Part shown: in pieces, positions 26,241 through 41,260 of the stretch
Layout: the number at the start of each line of letters is the position of its first letter
How positions within the stretch are numbered: position 1 is the first letter of the stretch
Source of the DNA: Octopus sinensis
Taxonomy: Eukaryota
Length of the DNA: 64,000 nucleotides
Assembly (NCBI RefSeq): GCF_006345805.1
Contig: NC_043013.1
Coordinates: 56,606,001 to 56,670,000, forward strand
Direction of reading: 5' to 3'
Position numbers and translations under genes: made by a program
The notes under the pieces: generated by a model
Database searches by the model: none
Seen by the model: only the letters and a program-made list of their open reading frames with translations
Told to the model about the DNA's origin: nothing

Positions 26241-28307
26241 TGTGTATATGTATGTATATATACATACATATATATACACAGTAATGCACACTTAGATAAA
26301 TAGATACCAACATGCATACATACAGGCATACATGCGTACATACATACATACATACATACATGCATACATATGTGTACGTGTGTATTTGAGCATTTCAATC
26401 AATATATACACCCTTGAAATGTCTATAGTACCCCAGATTATCGCTCAGTGCAAAGACATAATTTAATATTAAAGAGAAATTATTGGGAAACTGCTTCATG
26501 TATATTTACTTGTGGGTGCAAACAGGACATGTCTTGCCTTTCTAACAGCCTCTTTTAAATACACTGCTGTGAGTTTTTATGAGGTTTTCCAAGAAGTTTT
26601 TCATGGTTACACCATGGTTGTATTTCATTTCTCTATAAGCACCATACAATTATGTTTTTCTCTTTTTACTATGAAACTCTTTTCAAATCACGACTCAAAC
26701 ATTATTTACACTTAAAAAAATACACAAGAATAAATATAAAACCTGTACGATACAACTGGACTTGAAGTATAACAGAATATGTGTGTTAATATGTAGCAAA
26801 AGGAGTTAGCTACTATGTGGTCATTCAGTTTGCTTGACATAGCAGCTAAATGGAAGACCAAATCAATAGTCTTGTCTTACACATAAATAATATATATATA
26901 TTGATACCATCAGATCGAATGGTATTGCCCAAGTGTCGAAACCATAATGGTATCTGTGGGGCAGCTGATGATGGTGGTATGTTGGATCGTTGGTATGGCT
27001 GTTTTTGTACATGTGGAATAGTGTTATAACACACACTTTTGATATACATGTACACACACACACACACACACACACATACATATATACATTTATATATGTT
27101 TACATATACTCATGCACACACACATATATATGTGAAAATACATATGTATAAATATACACATACGGTTGAGCGTGCTCGTTCCCAGTGTCACCTTACTGGT
27201 ACTTTGTGCTAGTGAGATGTTAAAAAACATTCAATTGAGGTCGCTGCCAGTGCCACTGGACTGGCTCCTGTGCAGGTGGAACTTAAAAAACACCATTTGA
27301 GTGTGGCTATTGCCAGTGCTGCCTGACTGGCCCTTGTGCCAATGGCAAGTAAAAGCATCCATACACTCTCAGTGGTTGGCATTAGGAAGGGCATCCAGCT
27401 GTAGAAACTCTGCCAGATCAAGATTGGAGCCTGGTGCAGCCATCTGGTTTGCCAGTCCTCAGTCAAATTGTCCAACCCATGCTAACATGAAAAGAGGATG
27501 ATGCTTATATATTTACATGCATACGCGTAAATCCTTTGTTCTGTGGACCAAGATTTACCTGGAATTTGATGCTATAAACAGAAGGATCTGATGCTTGTTC
27601 TATAAGTCAACTACTACAGGTCCACACTTTGTTTTGATGTTACCATGAAATGCCATAAGACATTCTGTTTCAGAGAGAAAAAAACTTTGGATTTGTAGCA
27701 TTTAACTTTTAACATCATTTTACGAAGAGATATCTCTTTGTGTGTGTATAAGGATGATGCTGGCCAATAAATTTGTACATTGAACAGAACTGTCTTAAAT
27801 ATCCTCTAGGTATTTAGTTCCCTATATTCTGTTCCTGAGGTAAACTTATCGATCTTATAAGCAGTGATCTCTATGATAAATACTTGAGAAGAACAGTGGG
27901 TTAATAAAATAGTCAAAAAACCCTGAAAGGAACTCCCTAAGCAGGACTATCATCAAAGAATAATAAAAAAAAATATTCAATTTTTCTTGAAATAGAACCA
28001 ATGTGTGTATTGGCATGATGACCCTACCAAAATACAATAAAATTTTTTTCAATCCTGCATTTACAACAGAAACTTCTCAAACTAAATACAAAAATGAAAT
28101 TCTGTAATAATGCATTTTATATGTACTAATTACTTTAAAAGGTTAATTAGAGAACTTGAGAAACCCAGAATTTTTGTCGTTGTTGTTTAGCTCCATGTCA
28201 GCTCTGGTCAAGGGCACCTGCCACCCCTACACATATTGGTTTGGTCTTTAGAAAGGGGCTATGCCCTTGATGTATGTGTTCAATCCCTCTAAGACTAGTG
28301 AGGTACA

Positions 28308-28625
28308 CGAGGAGCATTTGAAAAGTATTTGACTCTTTTTCCCACCAAAACTAATGCTGTGTGGGGAAAGTCCTTTGGGTGGGAGGTGGCACCACCCTTC
28401 CTGCACATACATGATTTTGCACTGGTAGGAATAGGGTACAGATGTGTAGTATATGCCCACTGGCTTGTTATTTTCACATAAGATGACCGAACACATCAAG
28501 CAGGGACCATAAACCCATGTTTCATCACCACCAGTGATGATAGTTTCCATGAAGTCTGTGGTTTGCACAGTCCAGCAGATCCTGAGCAATTCCCATGTGG
28601 AGTTCCTTTTGCAGCAGTTCCACAT
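28308..28625 (-). mobile_element. Mariner remnant
   Basis: METIITGGDETWVYG motif in ORF 28248-28625; one TIR-like end cgaggagcatttgaaaagt. Confidence 0.6.
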
Positions 28626-29494
28626 AAATTGTTCTAAGGAAAAACGTGGTAATGAAGGAATTCCAGAGGGTAAATATTCTGGGGCACAACGATTGTAATT
28701 TAGTTAAAATGTAACCAATCCACCTCTCTTTGGCCCAAATCCACATCGTGTCAGTGGGGTTTGGCTGGCTACGAGATGCTCTGTCTTAAGAAGCCCTTGG
28801 ACTCCCACTCGCTTTTACTATCTTGTCTTCGCTCGTATATTTTCTCTCTGCTTCACCTGTTCTCTTCTTCTTCTTTTTCTCTGCCCCCTTTTCTCACTGT
28901 CTCTTATTATAAATGGTCCCTGGATGGTAGACAGTGATCAAAAATATTCCAGCCATGACTTTCCTCCCAATTTTTTTTTTATCCATGGATTACATTAACC
29001 AATGTCATTTATCTTTTATCTCTCGCTTGTTTCACTCGTTGGACTACAGCCATTGCTGCAACACCATGTTGAAGGGTTTAGCCAAGCAATCAACTCCAGT
29101 AGTTATTTTTAAAGCCGGTTACTTATTCAATTAGCCTCTTTTACCAAATCACTAAGTTATGGAGGCGTAACATATGCATTTTTGTAAAAAAACAAAACAT
29201 ATAGCAATTTTTTATTGGAGGGAGATTTGGCTGCAATTTTTAGTAGACTTAGCAATGAGCAGAGACTTCAATGTTGAATGGAGTGAAGCTGAGATGGTTT
29301 GGTAAAATTTTGCTGCAAGTTCATATAAATTAAGAAGTGAATATGAAATAGGTTTTATTGATTTTAGTGTTGTAGCTTAAATATGAAGGAATTAGATAAA
29401 AGTTGATGATAGCGAAGGTGTAAACTGTAAATGACTTACTGACACTATAAAGATTATTTTATTACATATTGAAGAGGGTGGAGGAGAAAGGTGG

Positions 29495-29540
<46 letters not shown>

Positions 29541-29667
29541 TGTATGCATAGTGTTGAGATGAGAGAAATTGGAGAAATATATATGTGTGTGTGTATATGT
29601 ATATATATTTATATATATCTATGTATTTACAAATTTATATATATATATATACACACATATATATAAA

Positions 29668-29711
<44 letters not shown>

Positions 29712-30570
29712 TATATATATATATATACACCACACACACATATAAATATATATTTATTTAAAGTGACAGTGAAAGAAATACAAAAAATTATATGTATATA
29801 TATGTGTATATATATACACACACACATATATAAATATAAACACCTAGACATATTGAGAAAGTGGAAGAGAAAGAGAGCAAAAATGTATGTGCATGTAGAA
29901 TGTAGAAACAAGAGAAAATGAAAACATATATAAATATACATATATATATTTATATTTATATATACATATCTAAATAAATATGTGTGTGTATATATATATG
30001 TACATGTATATGTATATATATATATGCCTATACATATATATCTACACACACACATATGTATATACTTGTATTTATATACATATATATAAATACATATATA
30101 TGTGTGTGTGTATATATATATGTACATACATATATGTATATATATGTCCACACATACACATACTGAGACGGAAGGAAGGAGCGGAGGCAGCAAGAGTGAG
30201 ATCTGATGGATACTTTCTAAGTAAACTGCTGTTCCATATTCTTTAAAGTTCATTACAAGGAAGAGAAATTGGTTTAGGAATTGGTTCTTCTAAGACAGGA
30301 GACTCTAGTCTTTGATTTCTCAGGCAAAACTTTACTATGTAATATGTCTATTGATATAAGCATGTGTGTGTATGTGAAGATGTGTGTGTTTGTGTAAATA
30401 AATGGGTATTTGTGTAAATGCATTTGTTTTTGTAGATATATGTGTTAGTGTGTATATATATATATGCGTTATTGTGATTATCCATGCACGTGCGTTAACA
30501 TGTGTGTTAGTATAAATATATCTGTGTATAAATGTCTGTTGATGTTAATATTGATTACTGTATGTATATA

Positions 30571-30919
30571 TAAGTTAAGTTAGTTAAGTTAAGTTAAGTT
30601 AATTTTTTGGTTCAAAAAGCAAAAAGCAAAAAGCAAGGCCATGTAGGGGGACATGGAGTTATGTACAGGGTGGTGTTCATGCAAAGAGTTCAGACCATTT
30701 CTGGTCAAGAGAGACTTTGAACCGAGCGGTCTTTGGCATCTTCACCATCTCGTCCGGCAGCTTATTCCACAGATCCGCAACCCAGACGGAGAAAGCCCCT
30801 CTCCTTCGATTGAGATGAAATCATCACAGATAGAGCTTTTCGGGGTGACCCCACAGCCAACACTCTGGAGCAGGAGTGAAGAACAGCTCTTTCGAGAGAT
30901 TACACTTTCCGCTTATGAT
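30571..30919 (-). mobile_element. CR1-type LINE 3' fragment with (AACTT)n tail
   Basis: Reverse complement of about 56270-56596. Confidence 0.88.
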
Positions 30920-31201
30920 ATATATCTGTGAGTACAATATATACCAGGCCACTGGTATTCATAGAGTGTTAAACACTTTTGGTATACAAATTAGGGACTC
31001 CTTCATAGAATACTTGTTACATTTGTTGAGTATATAAACAGTTTGGCTGTTTGTTTGTCTGGTGATTGTGAAAATGATGTGGACATCTCTGATGAGAACC
31101 CAATAAAGCTCAAAAAATTAAAGTTGTTCATAGTTTTTTTAGTCTGTGGAGAAATGGCTAAAATTTCCTTGTTTACAAATTATACTATATATATATATAT
31201 A

Positions 31202-33525
31202 TCATCATCATCGTTTAACGTCCGTGTTCCATGCTAGCATGGGTTGGATGGTTCGTCCAGGGTCTGGGAAGCCAGGAGGCTGCACTAGGCTCCAGTCTGA
31301 TCTAGCAGTGTTTCTACAGCTGGATGCCCTTCCTAACGTCAACCACTCCGTGAGTGTAGTGGGAGCTTTTTACTTACCACCGGCACAGGTGCCAGGGGAA
31401 GCTGGCAGTGGCCACAATTGGCTGGTGCTTTTTTACGTGCCACCTGCACAGAAGCCAGTCAAGGTGGCGCTGGCCTCAGTCACATTTGGATGGTACTTTT
31501 TACGTCCCACCGGTATAGGTATCGCAACTACTATTTCCATTTGATATTTATTTTGATGTTGATGTACTTGACTCTACAGGTCTCCTCAAGCACAGCAAGT
31601 CATGGGCCACGTTCAGATGGTGCTTTTTACGTGCTGCCAGCACAGGTATCGTAACTACAATTTCCATTTGATATTTATTTCGATATTGATGTACTTGACT
31701 CTACAGGTCTCCTCAAGCACAGCAGGTCACTCTATGATCCAAGGTAAGCACAGCAGGTCGTTCTGCAATCCAAGGTACTTTGGAAGGGCTGGGGCTGTGC
31801 AAAACTGGTGGAGGAAGCAGCCCAGGTCTTTGAAGTCACAGCATATCTCCAGAGATCTTGGTCTTCCATCATTGCCTTTATGAGGCCCAATGTTCGAAGG
31901 TTATGCTTGACTACCTCATCCCATGTCTTCCTGGGTCTACCTCTCCACCTGATACCTCCAACTGTTTGGGAGTGGCACTTCTTCACACATCTCTCCTCAT
32001 CCATCCGCAGTACATGACCATACCAGCGCAAACGTCTCTCTTGCACACCACATCTGATGCTTCTTATGTCCAGCATTTCTCTCAGGGCGCTTACACTTTG
32101 TCGTGTGTGCACACTGACATTACACATCCAGTGGATCCTGCTAGCTTCATTTCTTTCAAGTCGACGCATGTCCTCTGCAGTCACAGCCTATGTTTCACTA
32201 CTGTGAAGCATAGCGGTTCGCACACATGCATCATACAATCTACCTTTCACTCTGAGCGAGAGACCCTTTGTCGCCAGTAGGGGTAGGAGCTTTCTAAACT
32301 TTGCCCAGGCTATTTGTATTCTAGTGGTGACACTCTGAGCATCCACCTCCACTACTAACTTGGTCTCCTAGGTAGTGGAAACTATCAACTACTTCTAGTT
32401 TCTCCCCCTGGAGTGAGATGGAATCTGTTTTCTGAGTATCTGTGGTGTCTATTGCCCCTGTGCATCTGCTGCACATGAAAGCTATCTTATCAGTTAATTT
32501 TCCTTTGATATTGCTGCACCTCTTATGCATCCATAGCTTACACTGGGTGCATCTTATGGAGTTTCTACCTTCACCTTTCCTACAGATCGAGCAGGGCCAA
32601 CTGCCCGAGGGGGTGTGTGATGAGTTCGCCTTTCTGCTTACTATAACTTTGTTCTTTGCTACATTTACTCTAAGGCCCTAAACCTTGCTTCCACACCCGA
32701 AATTTCTTTTCTAGTTCCGGTAGTGATTCTGCTATGAGGGCCAGGTCATCAGCATAGAGGAGCTCCCAGGGACAACCCATCTTGAATTCCTCTGTTATTG
32801 CCCGGAGGACTATGATGAATAAAAGGGGACTGAGTGCTGAACCTTGGTGGACTCCTACTTCTACCCGGAATTCTTCACTATACTCATTGCCAATCCTAAC
32901 CTTGCTGACAGCCTCTCTGTATAGGGCCTGTACAGCCCTTATTAACCATTTGTCAATCTCCAGTTTCCACATTGCTCACCAGATAAGGGATCGGGGGACC
33001 CTGTCAAAGGCTTTCTCCAAGTCCACGAAAGCTATGTAGAGGGGTTTACCTTTAGCTAGGTATTTCTCCTGCAGTTGTCGAACCAGCAATATGGCATCAG
33101 TGGTGCTTCTACCTGGCACAAAACTGAACTGCATCTCATCTAAGCAAATTCTCTCCCTAATGAGATGGGCTATGACCCTCTCTGTGACCTTCATCACCTG
33201 ATCCAACAGTTTAATACCCCTGTAGTTATTTCTATCTAGATAGCAGTTGACTATGGTGCTGCTACGCCAGTCATTCGGTATGACTCCTTTATGAAATACC
33301 TGGTTTACAATGCGGGTGACTAGGCCATAGCCCACACCACCAGATGTTTTAAGCATCTCAGCAGTGATTCTTGATGGGCCGGGGGCTTTTCATGGTTTCA
33401 TACCCTTAATTGCCTTAACTACTAGGGAGCTCTCTATTCGGATAGCTGGTCCCTCTACTGGGTCAACAATTTTCAGGCTCTCCTCCTCCCATTCATTCTC
33501 CACATTCTCTCATAATGGCTTCTTT
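31202..33525 (-). mobile_element. RTE-clade LINE, 5'-truncated, with disrupted reverse transcriptase
   Basis: ORF pieces: NYRGIKLL...FVDLEKAFDRVPR (32976-33356), GVHQGSALSPLLF...LLYADDLAL (32670-32972), RRLRWYGHVLRM...GRPRKTW (31732-32184); stops and frameshifts; (GAT)n tail. Confidence 0.96.
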
Positions 33526-33542
33526 TATATATATATATAAAA

Positions 33543-33830
33543 ACGATAAACGTCACCCTTTTCAAGCCTAGCCAGGATCATGGGCCCGGTTTCTGTAGTG
33601 CATGTGTTCCCCTCAGCTGGATGGGACGCTAGTCCATCGCAGCATTACTCAAGAAACAAGAAGAAAGAGTGTGAGAAAGTTGGGGCAAAAGAGTATAACA
33701 GGGGTCAACACCACCCCCCTGCTGGAGCCTCGTGGAGCTTTTAGGTGTTTTCGCTCAATAAACACACACAATCGAAACTGCATCCTCTGACTGCAAGTCC
33801 GCTGCCCTGACCATTGGGCCATTGTGCCTC

Positions 33831-33832
<2 letters not shown>
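33543..33832 (-). mobile_element. tRNA-derived SINE (distinct family)
   Basis: Minus-strand head tggaggcacaatggcccaatggtcagggcagcggact...gtttcgatt with A- and B-box-like motifs; flanked by (TA)n. Confidence 0.6.
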
Positions 33833-33865
<33 letters not shown>

Positions 33866-33869
<4 letters not shown>

Positions 33870-34061
33870 GGGATGCTGAAAAGTTTCTGGCTTCGGGTAA
33901 TCATCGAATTCTGATTTTATTTAACATATTCCCTCTCAGATTCACACACTTGCAGCAGTTCTTCAGTTCTTCTAAACCCTGTAAAAGAACTCAGAATGTT
34001 AGGCCTCCAACCAGGCGTTTTGTGATACCCTTAAAGCCAAGACCCTTTCAGCATCCCTTTG
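33866..34061. mobile_element. Mariner-type MITE, about 196 bp
   Basis: TIRs tgaggggatgctgaaaag / ctttcagcatccctttg with TA flanks. Confidence 0.7.
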
Positions 34062-34933
34062 TATGTGTTTGTGTTATGGTAAATATGAATGTAAATGTGT
34101 AATTACATTTAAGAGTGTTTGAGTAAATCAGTCGTCCCTGCTCATTGCCTGGTTCAATCCCACTCTGTTTGAAGTGGTGGTGGTGGTGGTGGCGGCGGTG
34201 GCGGTGGCGGCGGCGGTGGTGGTGGTGGTGGTGAGGAGGAGGAGGAGGAGGAGGAGGAAAATGATAAGGAGAAGGTGGAGGTGGTGGATCAGGATTTTAA
34301 TGAAGATGATGGCGATGATAGTGATGGCGACAACATTGATATCAATGCCAATATCAATGACGATAATATTGCTGATGATGATGATATTGACAATAATGTT
34401 AATGATGAATAGGGTGTGATTTGGCTGCTATTTCTTGCAGCTCAAGCCAACCATGTGGACAATCTCTCATCGTCTTGCTATTTAATCCGTTAGATTAAAG
34501 AGATCAATTAAACTTTTATGTTAAATTAAAACAAGGAGTGATCTCCATAAAAATATGTTTCTAAATCATTAATCTTCTGTTTTGTGATTGTGTTTGTATT
34601 TTACGCTCAGTGATTAATAAAATTTATTAATAAATAAGGATGTTACGGTTGATTAAACCTCAAAAATGCTTCTTTTTTTTCATAGAATGCAGTAATGAAG
34701 TCAGATGTGAGAAGGTGGAGAAGGAAAAGTGTGTCTTTGGAGCAAGAAATCATCTGAAAAATTAAGATGGATGCAGGAGTGGCTGTGGTAAATAGCTTGC
34801 TTACCAACCACATAGTTCTGGGTTCAGTCCCACTGCATGGCAACTTAGGCAAATGTTTTCTGCTATAGCCCCGGGCTGCCCAAAGCCTTTTGAGTGAATT
34901 TGTTAGATGGAAACAGAAAACGCCTATCGCATA

Positions 34934-34983
<50 letters not shown>

Positions 34984-35001
34984 ATATATATATATATATA
35001 T

Positions 35002-35049
<48 letters not shown>

Positions 35050-35264
35050 TATATATATAATATTTATTTATTTATTGCCCACAGGGGACTAAGTATAGAG
35101 GAGACAAACAAGGATAGATGAAGGGATTAAGTAGATTACATCGACCCCGAAAGGACGAAAGGCAAAGTCAGCCTTGGCGGAATTTGAACTCAAAATGTAA
35201 CAACAGCTGAAATACTGCTAAGCCTTTCACCCACCATGCTAACAATTCTGCCAACTTGCCGCCC

Positions 35265-35295
<31 letters not shown>

Positions 35296-35472
35296 TATAT
35301 ATATTTTTTTTTTTCCTCTAGTTTCAGCTCAGAGCTGCGGCCATGCTGATGCACCGCCGTTTTGTGCTACACTGTTATTGCGAAGAACCTCGTCTAATAT
35401 GTGGCACTTGGTGAAGAATGGGGTTTGATATAGCTACTCTCATTTGCACCTCTTGCCATGAGGTAGGTTCAT

Positions 35473-35543
<71 letters not shown>

Positions 35544-38500
35544 CACAAGACACCATATTCCATCCTAAAATTCTTCATTTGTCTTCAAATGTTATAGGAA
35601 TATTCCATTCAGCTTTCACATTTTACGTCAAAAGAAAAACAAATTCATTTTGTTTTGACATATTCTTTCTTTTTTTCTTTACTTTAGTTGAACAAATCTT
35701 CCCCAGGATTTATTTTTTGTAAGCCTAGTACTTATTCTATCAGTCTCTTTTGTTGAACCACCAAGTTACAGGGATGTAAACACACAAACATTGGATGTGA
35801 AAAGCTAGTGACTGGGAGGAGAAGCTAGAGACAAATAGAGGGGAGGTGACCACATTGGATGTGACAAGGAGAAAGATCAGGGAAAGCAATACCAGCCAAA
35901 CCCTTTCAGATCAAATTTGACTAGGACCCTATTTGATAATGTAGACTTGAATAGATTTTTATCAAACTAGTTGGCCATGGTGGGAATACCTTGGTTCATA
36001 AGTTAGCTTAATCATAACTGAACAAAAGCTAAACAACAGAATGGCATTTCAGACCCCAAAATTTAAGAATGCATCAAATTTCCATAAATGCCATTGATAG
36101 TTGCTCTCAGGATATTACCAAAGTAAGCAGCAAACCCAATTTATGAAGAGGTGTTGCTATTTTTGATGTTATTGAGGTTACTGTTGTTGTTGTTTGGCCC
36201 TGTGGTCATTTTGACCAAATGAATTCCAGTTATGATGTCTTTCTATCCAATGTGAACTTCCTTATTTAAGATAATGGAGTGTGATTTGATGGAAATTTGG
36301 CTGCTCCTTCTAGCAGGCTGGGTGAACTCATAGAGGCTCCTTCAATGTATCTTGGTTGGTCAGGTGTTGTTGAATTTGGAGTAAAGAAAAGGCAATGGAG
36401 ACTGGAAGAACAGATGACAATGTCAAGAGGAATAAGAGAGCATCAGAGGTGACAACAGCAGTGAGGGAGGGAAGGAGAAGCTGGGGGGGGAGAAGAAGGA
36501 GGTGGAAAAGAACGAGAGGGATGATGATGATAAGAAAAAGGCAGGCTTGGAAGAAAGAAGAAGAGGAGGAGGAGGAGAAAGAAGAGGAGTGGTTGTGGTG
36601 CCAAATATTAGAGAAGCTTTTCATGAAGTCTAAATTGTTGAAAATATAATTCTGCTCACTTTGCAAAACGTTAATGGTTTGGTGCCAGAGTTTCTAAACA
36701 ATGGTAATTGCAGGAAAGCAAATGAAATTCTTCTAAGGAATTTTGCAAAAGAATATAAACTAAAAGAAAACAAATTAAAACTCCTTAAAAAAATTAGACA
36801 AATAGAATTGTCGAAACTTTAGATATTTGTTAGAAAACAACATCTGAGCCATTAATGAGTTAATAGAAGTGGAGAGAATATTAAATGTTATTGAGAGTAA
36901 TTGGTAAAATAATCAGGTGTGTTTATTCACAGCAATAATATAACGAGCTGAATTCTTCGTTAGCAAACATTCAAAAATGACATCCAGCCAAATTCTTCAC
37001 AAACTTTACACTTTTTATTCTCAGTGTCAAATGCGGGGGGGGGGGGGGGTTGATGTACTTTTGTTTCTCATTATAGTTTTTATTGACCTTTGCACAACGT
37101 TCCCACTTAGCAATACACAACAGCACAAACATATATACAAACACTCACACACACACACACACACAGTTATTGCTAAAGAACAAGAACAACAACAGTAGCA
37201 ACACTACCTCTGGGAATATCGTTGTCATCATCATCATTACCGTCATCATCATGATCATCATCAACATCATCATGATCATCATCATGATCATCTTCATTGT
37301 TCTTATCATTATCTTCTCTTATGTCGACACACTCCTACAATGACATGCCCTGCAGTTGGAAGCCTCTCTGACACCAAACCATATTTAGTTTCATCCAAGC
37401 TACTTTATTCTTCCCTCAAAGAATGACCTAACCATGTAAGATGCACACAAGTCTCTTTGTCTTCTGCTCATTTGTGGTGGGCAAAGCCTTGCATTCACCT
37501 CTTCGTCCACACATCTAATTCTGTCCCCCTAGCCTCATCTCCTAACCCACAATCCTGTACCCATCTCACTTCAAGGCAGAGGTCTCACCTGGCAAATTAT
37601 TCAATAACCTCATTGGTGCTGGTGCCCCATAAAAGGCACAAGTGCACTGTGTGAAGTGGTTGGCCTTTAGAAGAGCATCCAGCTGCAGCAACCAATCAAA
37701 GCAGACACTGGAGATGGTTGCAGCCCTCTCGCTCATCAGTTCTTGTTCAACTCTCCAACCTGTGCCAGCACAGAAAAACGGACATTAAATGAAGATGATG
37801 ATGATTATGTCTGGTTTCCACATTGGCATGTGTTGATCAGTTTGTCAGGCTTCATCACGTTGAAGGACCATGTTATCCCCCACTTTCTACTTATGCATAG
37901 TTTCCACAAGTGGCTGCCCATCCTAATTCTATCCCCTTTATAGAGTGTAGTAGGTGCTTTATTCATGGCTCCAGCTCTAAGGAAGGTTACCTTGTAGCTT
38001 GCAAGGCTAAAGGCCTAAATTGGTTCCTATAACTGAAGGAAAATAGTAATTCATTACAATCTCCATCAATCAGATTGTATCCATCACTCATTAGTCAATC
38101 CAAATCTATGGTAGAAGAGACTTGCCCAAGATACCACAAAAGTAGACTGTGTTAAAATTCCTGAACCTGTTACCCATTCAACCACATATATGTTTGAGAA
38201 TTCCTGATGCTTGATGGGAAATATCTGTCTACCAGATCTAATCAACCTGGAAAACTAAAAGTTTCCGAATATGTTTAGCAAGCTGTTGTAATGTTAAAGA
38301 TGATGTCTGTTACTCAGGTAATTCTCTCAGCAATAAAAAAAAAAAACAAATGACTTTTCACTAAATTGCACACGATATAACGAAATCTTTGTGCTTTCTA
38401 ATTTATGTGTTTGTCTTAAAAGGCTTGAAATATTTACGAAAATGGATTATTTTAGCTTAACACTAATTATTATTTCAGCTTCATTACTAATTACGCTTGC

Positions 38501-39903
38501 GATTTTCAAGTACTTTTTAAATTCATCTTTTACCACTGCTGCTATGACCACCGCCAAGACATCCCCCACCACTGCCACCCCACCAACACTCCCAGGGACA
38601 CAGACACCAGCATCACCATCACCACTATCAAATACAACATTTTACACCTCCTCACATACACACGTACAGCCCCTGATCATCTGTTAATGCCCCCTGTTCC
38701 ATGCTGGCGTGGACAAGACACAATTTCTGGATGGAGATTTTCCACAGCCAGATGCTCTGCCTGTCGCCAATCCTCCAATCCTCATCTATTTCCAAGTGCA
38801 CAGCAGGACATAGAGAAATATTTTTCTCGTGTATGTATGTGTGTATACATATTACACACACACACACACACATGCACAAACACACAAACCCTTGCATATA
38901 CTAATATTCTTACACTGAGTTCAACCCGTTCACTTTGATCACAATTCATTTGCAACTGACACAATATAATTATGAATATTCACACATACAACACTCACAC
39001 CTTTGGACTAAGCATTTTCTTTGTGAGTGAAATTGGTCAATGGAAATTGTATGGAAGCCTTTTATATGTGTGTGTGTGTGTGAGTGTACAAATTGTGTGT
39101 GTTCACATGTATGTGTCTATATGCATGTTTACATTTTGAACTTCACATTTAAGCTTTGAGCTAAAAAACAGTGACATGTGTTGACATTCCCTGTCAACAG
39201 GCCTTCCTCTCTGTACTTTCCAAGATCCATAGAATTTAAAAGGCATTCTTTGAGAATTGGGTTAGTGCTGGGGAGTGCCTCACTGTTATTTATTTGTCCA
39301 TCGCAAATTATCTTGGAAAAATGGATATAAAATGAGTGAAAGACATAGATAGAACATCCTTATACATTCACTCTCAAAGCTTGCATGGGTTGGACAGGGC
39401 ACCTTGATTAGAGTCTGTATATATTTAGGAGTATTGTTCATCTGGATGGATCAGAGTATCACACCTTCTTAGCGTGTGTCATTTTTGGATTAGCTTTTAC
39501 TGCTAGATGCTCCTCTTTTCAGCACCAACCAATTTACAGAGTTTACAAGTTGTTTTCTTATGGCATCATTTATTTATGGAATTACAAGCAGAGATGCCTG
39601 GCGTTGCTCGCAATTAAAATAGTTTTTTAATTCTTTTACTTGTTTCAGTCTTCTGACTGTGGCCATACTGGTGCATTGCCTTTAGTTAAACAGAAAGAAA
39701 GAAAGAAAAATGGAAGGAAGAAAGGAAGGAAAGAAGACAGACTAAAAGAAAGAAACTATTACAGGGGGGGGGGAATGTATGTAAATAAGAGAAGCAGAGA
39801 AAAGGGAGAGAATCAGTTGAAAACTGCAGTCTTTAGAGTAAAGGCTGTGTAAAACCCCTTTTTTCCCTGTTTCTCACATTACACAGGAGCTCTGGGCAAA
39901 AAA

Positions 39904-41260
39904 TTACTGAGCATAACCATCCTTGGCACATAAGTAATGTGTGTGTAATGTTTGGTGAAAATCGGTTGAAAACTGTAGAAATGCATACATATTACAAACA
40001 CAGACACACACAATCCTTTGTTTTATTTTTATAGATATGTGTGCATGTGCTCATGCATGTGTGTGTGTGTGAGTCAATGATTCAGTAAGGAGTCCACATG
40101 ACCCCTGAGAGCACGTAAGAGATTTTGTTAAAATCTCTAATAAATTGATTATGCTTCTGCAATGCACAATTTTTATTTTTTTTTACACAATTCCTAATAA
40201 TATTTATTTAAAAAAAATATAATAGGATTTTTAAAACCATTAAATGACTTAGAGGGTCAAGTTGAGTAAAATAGGAATGAAAGGGATCCACAGGTAAAAA
40301 AAAAAACAATGGTTGAGAACCAATAGTCTTTGTGAAGGCTTACCATACAATTTGCATTTTTCATCAAATGCTTAAGCAAATGGTTGAGACATTTGTTGAC
40401 CTTTGCAGCCAAAAATTCCTCCTTCTGCTCTCTCACTCACCCTCTCTCTCTCCCTCTTTCTCTCTCTCTCTCTGTGCTTTCAAAGATAAGGAGACAGAAA
40501 ACTCTCTTGAATAACAATATAACCATCAGGGGTTAGTCACCAAAAAGACAGTTTTAAAACAACACCTTCATAAAATGAGTTTGCTCAAGGCCTGCTTGCA
40601 TGGAAAAATGGATATAAAACAAATGAGAGAGGAGAGAGAGAGGGGGGGGGAGAAAAAGATACACAGAGAGATAATGATTAAACATGATTCTAACTTCTAA
40701 GTTTCCCCAAACTTAGTGTTTCAAACAGTGAAGGTCTTAGGGTTTCTCTGTTCTGTTTAATCTCTGTAAAATGATGGAAGTTGGGAAGAATAAAAAGATG
40801 AGGGGAGGGGCAATATCTAGACTTAGTTGAGTCGACCTGTGCCATGTCATCGCTGTCGTAAAACTCTTGTGAGTTCAAATGAATTCTTTCCAGCGGCATT
40901 AAATTTAAAGAAAAAGGATCACAGGAAGATCAGGAAAATCAGGAATGCAGCACCTTGGGTCACTCAGCCATGCTGATGTACTTAATGTACTTATTAATAC
41001 TAAAAGCACAGGCATAGACAGGCATAGCTGTGTGGTAAGAAGCTTGCTCTCAAGGGTCATGTGGACTCCTTACTGAGAATCCTTGGGACACACACTCACA
41101 CACACATGCATGAGCACATGCACACATATCTATAAAAATAAAACAAAGGATTGTGTGTGTTTGTGTTTGTAATATGTATGCATTTCTACAGTTTTCAACC
41201 GATTTTCACCAAACATTACACACACATTACTTATGTGCCAAGGATGGTCGTGCACTGTAA
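39904..41260. repeat. Inverted duplication of ~210 bp (39904-40112 vs 41045-41260) containing a Helitron-like 5' end
   Basis: tctataaaaataaaacaaaggattgtgtg...caaccgattttcaccaaacattacacacacattacttatgtgccaaggatggt and its flanks occur in opposite orientations. Confidence 0.88.
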
